From Eimeria praecox (taxonomy: Eukaryota), in the NCBI GenBank assembly GCA_963920595.1, contig OY986949.1, positions 4,030,001 through 4,094,000 of the forward strand: 64,000 nucleotides of DNA, read 5' to 3'. The translations under genes and the position numbers were made by a program. This document shows positions 60,922 through 64,000 of this stretch, piece after piece. The notes beneath the pieces were generated by a model. That model was not told where the DNA came from. It searched no databases and was given only the letters and a program-made list of their open reading frames with translations. Positions within the stretch are counted from its first letter, which is position 1. The number at the start of each line of letters is the position of its first letter.

Positions 60922-62067
60922 ATGACCACGAACCAGTTGGATGCCCCCTTAGGAGGGGAGGCAGCCAAGGGGGTGGAAGCTGCATCTGACCCGAAGTGTA
61001 CGTACACCGCAGCATCGGCTTCCTGCGAGGGTCCGCCTTTGCCTTCGTTTGTTCATTTCAACGAATCACACCTGCCGTCTGCTTTCCCTCGAGTGTTTCT
61101 AGCGGCACATGCAGCATTTTGTCTTAAATCTGGAGAAGCTCCTCAAGTTCCCGATTATCTCACGACATGTAATTCAGAGTTCTCGCGCACTGGCTCCTCA
61201 TCAGCGTTGAACGTTTCTGAGTCCTCCGCTCCACAAAGAGATGATACGAATTCTTCTGATTCGAATAATAACCCGAAACTCGCTACAGATCCACAAAATC
61301 AAGTGCCAAAGCCTTTGCAGCGCAAGGCACTTCGCTGCGCCGTTGAGTTTCTTAAGCAGCAAAATTTCGACTTTACTTCCTTCTCCAGCACCCTCATGGA
61401 TGCTATTATGGAGGAACCGCCCTCAGGTACCTTCGCGAGAGAAGCGAATGGGGCTGATCCCATATCACGTACTACGAAAGAAGGAGAGAATAAGCATCAG
61501 CAGGCTGCAGCAGCAGCTGCCCCCGCCTCCTTTCCTCCGAGTAACAAAAGCAAAGCTGAATCTGATGCTTCAGATGCAGCACAAAGGGGCGTGCTAGCGT
61601 CTTCTTTGCAAGTAGATGCTGCTGCAAATAATACAGCAGCAGGACCTGCTGATGCAGCTGATGCAGCTGCTGCAGCTGATGCAGCTGCTGCTCGAAGTAC
61701 AGAACACAAGGGCGCTCAGCATCTTGGAAATCCTTTGCTGGATTCTGCAGAAGAGAAAACTTCTCTTCCTGAAGCTGTTGCTGCTTCAGTTGATAGTAAA
61801 GAAGCCCCTAAGAAACGACGGGGTTTAAACACTGCGGCGATGCGACATAAAAACTTAGAACAAGTTTCCAGCGAATGTGCATGGAGTGTACGTACTTGTA
61901 GTCTTGAAGAAGCGACTGTTATTTATCCGTATTTTGTGCTCATATCTTTCTTCCCTATTCATTTTCTGTATTGTACAGAAACATGATTATTTGTTTTCGT
62001 GTTGACTTTGCTTTGTTTGATCGCTCGCTCATATCGATGTTAGTATTACCTGTTTTATCATATTGCA

Positions 62068-62103
<36 letters not shown>

Positions 62104-63638
62104 CAGGGTTATTAGAACTGCTTTGTCTATGAAGGGGGTGCTGTCGTGTATTCAGACTTTTCTGTTGCATGTGTGTCGGTTTTTCTCGTATTTTTCTTTC
62201 TGTCTTATTCTGTCTTTATGCTGTTTTATTTATTTATTTGTGTCTTTGTCTTGTCCGTAGGTCCTCTGTCTTTCACAAGCTGCCTGCGGTGCATGCGATA
62301 TTCCAAATTGCAACAAAGACCATGACGTTGCAGCCTTCATGAAGGTCTCTTAAGAAAACCCTAAACCCTAAACCCTAAACCCTAAACCCTAGACTTTGAG
62401 CACAGTTATTTGGAGTGTTTCAGTATTTTCTTCGCGTGTTTTTGTTGCATAGCATGCATATATATTCTGTTTGGGTTTTGTGTCTTTGTTTTTTTTTCTT
62501 ACGTTTACTTGAACAGACGAGGCCTGAGGACTTAGAAGGAGATTGCATCTTCTTCTCGCGATACGGACTTTGTCCCTATGGCTGCTGTTGTCGTTTTAGT
62601 CGTTCACATCTCACTGCTGAGGGTAAGGGTTTTATATTATAGACACAGACAGACAGACAGCGCTTTGATAAGCATTTCTACAAGGGAAAATATAAGGGGC
62701 ATACTGTATACAACATCTTTAAACTGCTTCATCTTAGGGTTTCAGGGTTTAGGGTTTAGGGTTTAGGGTTAAGGTTTCAGGGTTAAGGGCTCAAAATCTA
62801 GAGCGTAGGGTTAAGGGTTCAGGGTCTAGCGTTTATGGTTTAGCTTTTGGGGTTGAGGGTTTAGGATTCAGGATTCAGGGCTCAGGGTTTAGGGTTTAGG
62901 ATCCAGGGTTTAGGGTTTAGGGTTTAGGATTCAGGGTTTAGGGTTTAGGGTTTAGGGTTTCTGTGGTCTTGCTTCAATGCAGGGGTCAATTTGCACAGGG
63001 ATGGAAGACCAGTCACTTTGGTGGATTTGCACAAATACAAAGATGAGCACAAAGCAGATGAAATAAATATTTTAACAACTCAATCTGTTTTATCTTCTAC
63101 AAAAGGAGGAAAGCGACACTGCAGAAGAAAGAAACAAAACACATCAACTACAGAGCAGAACGGAAATACTAACGACCAAAATAATTCTTCAGTTTCCCCT
63201 TCTTCTCCACCTCTTTCCCTAAACACAGTGGAATCGAAACCTTCTAGGCTCCAGGCAGAGGCTGCTGAAGGGGCGGCTCACTGCGATGCTGCTTCTTCCC
63301 CTGCTCCTGCTGCAGCTGCTGCTCCTGCTGTGGGTGCTGCTCCTGCTGTAGCTGCTGCTGCTACTGCTGATCTTGCCGCTGCTGCTCCTACACCATCCCC
63401 TCCGGCCGCTCCTGCTTCTGCTGATACAGTAGTTGCCGATGCTGCTCCTGCTGCTGCTCCAACTGCAGCAAGCAGAGTGGGGGCAGTGGACATCATGTCT
63501 GCTGATGATATGAGTCATGAGGAAAGCAGACGGCGATTTGCACAGCGAATTCGTGGGAAGACGTTTCTGGCTCCCCTAACAACTGTAGGAAATCTTCCAT
63601 TCAGAAGATTGTGTACGCGTCTTGGAGCTGACGTTACG
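60922..63638 (+). CDS. DUS3: tRNA-dihydrouridine(47) synthase DUS3-like, partial (continues beyond the window)
   Basis: Exons ~60922-61863, 62261-62344, 62517-62622, 62983-63638. Two CCCH fingers ([42 protein letters not shown]) and the DUS3 signature [25 protein letters not shown]. Confidence 0.9.
62356..62960. repeat. Intronic telomere-like heptamer arrays
   Basis: (AAACCCT)n at 62356-62391 and degenerate (TTTAGGG/TTCAGGG)n at 62733-62960. Confidence 0.95.
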
Positions 63639-63904
63639 GTAAGCAATGCATGCATTCATACATGCACATATACTTAGTACACTTGTATATGCATGCACCT
63701 GTGGACTCAGCCACCAATAGTAGCTGCATGCATGCAAGGGCAAATACCGGCAAACACCTGCATTGGTAAACAGTTATGTAAGCGTATGCATACAGACTAT
63801 GTAGCTAATTGATGGCTTACATATACTGCGCTCACTTGTTCATTATCACCACTTACGTCACTGCAGCGACGGGCTTCCTTGGACAGGATCTGATAGAACC
63901 TCTG

Positions 63905-63907
<3 letters not shown>

Positions 63908-63999
<92 letters not shown>

Positions 64000-64000
64000 T
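63908..64000. repeat. (TA)n microsatellite
   Basis: Directly visible. Confidence 0.98.

Overview
Eukaryotic, intron-rich genomic DNA with the hallmarks of a coccidian apicomplexan, most likely Eimeria: dense CAG/CTG repeats, intronic AAACCCT telomere-like heptamers, TGCATGCA motifs, and alternating repeat-rich and repeat-poor segments. In order, the window holds a syntaxin-6-like Qc-SNARE (+, 5' end outside the window), a long low-complexity ORF (-), a decayed Ty3/gypsy retrotransposon, a ~22 kb spliced modular type I polyketide synthase (-), an EFHC/Rib72-like DM10 protein (-), an XMAP215/ch-TOG-like protein (-), NOB1 (-), and DUS3 (+, runs off the end). The main result is the PKS, read by eye as ACP-KS(Cys>Thr, no AT)-ACP-[KS-AT-DH-KR-ACP]x2-KS-AT-KR-ACP-KS(no AT, no ACP)-R(YxxxR), possibly with extra small exons after R. 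It has no ER domain. Its 5,557-bp modules are nearly identical except for sharply bounded islands in the KS N-terminal half and next to the DH catalytic Asp. A 200-N gap may hide more modules. Exon boundaries and domain calls were made by eye without database searches.
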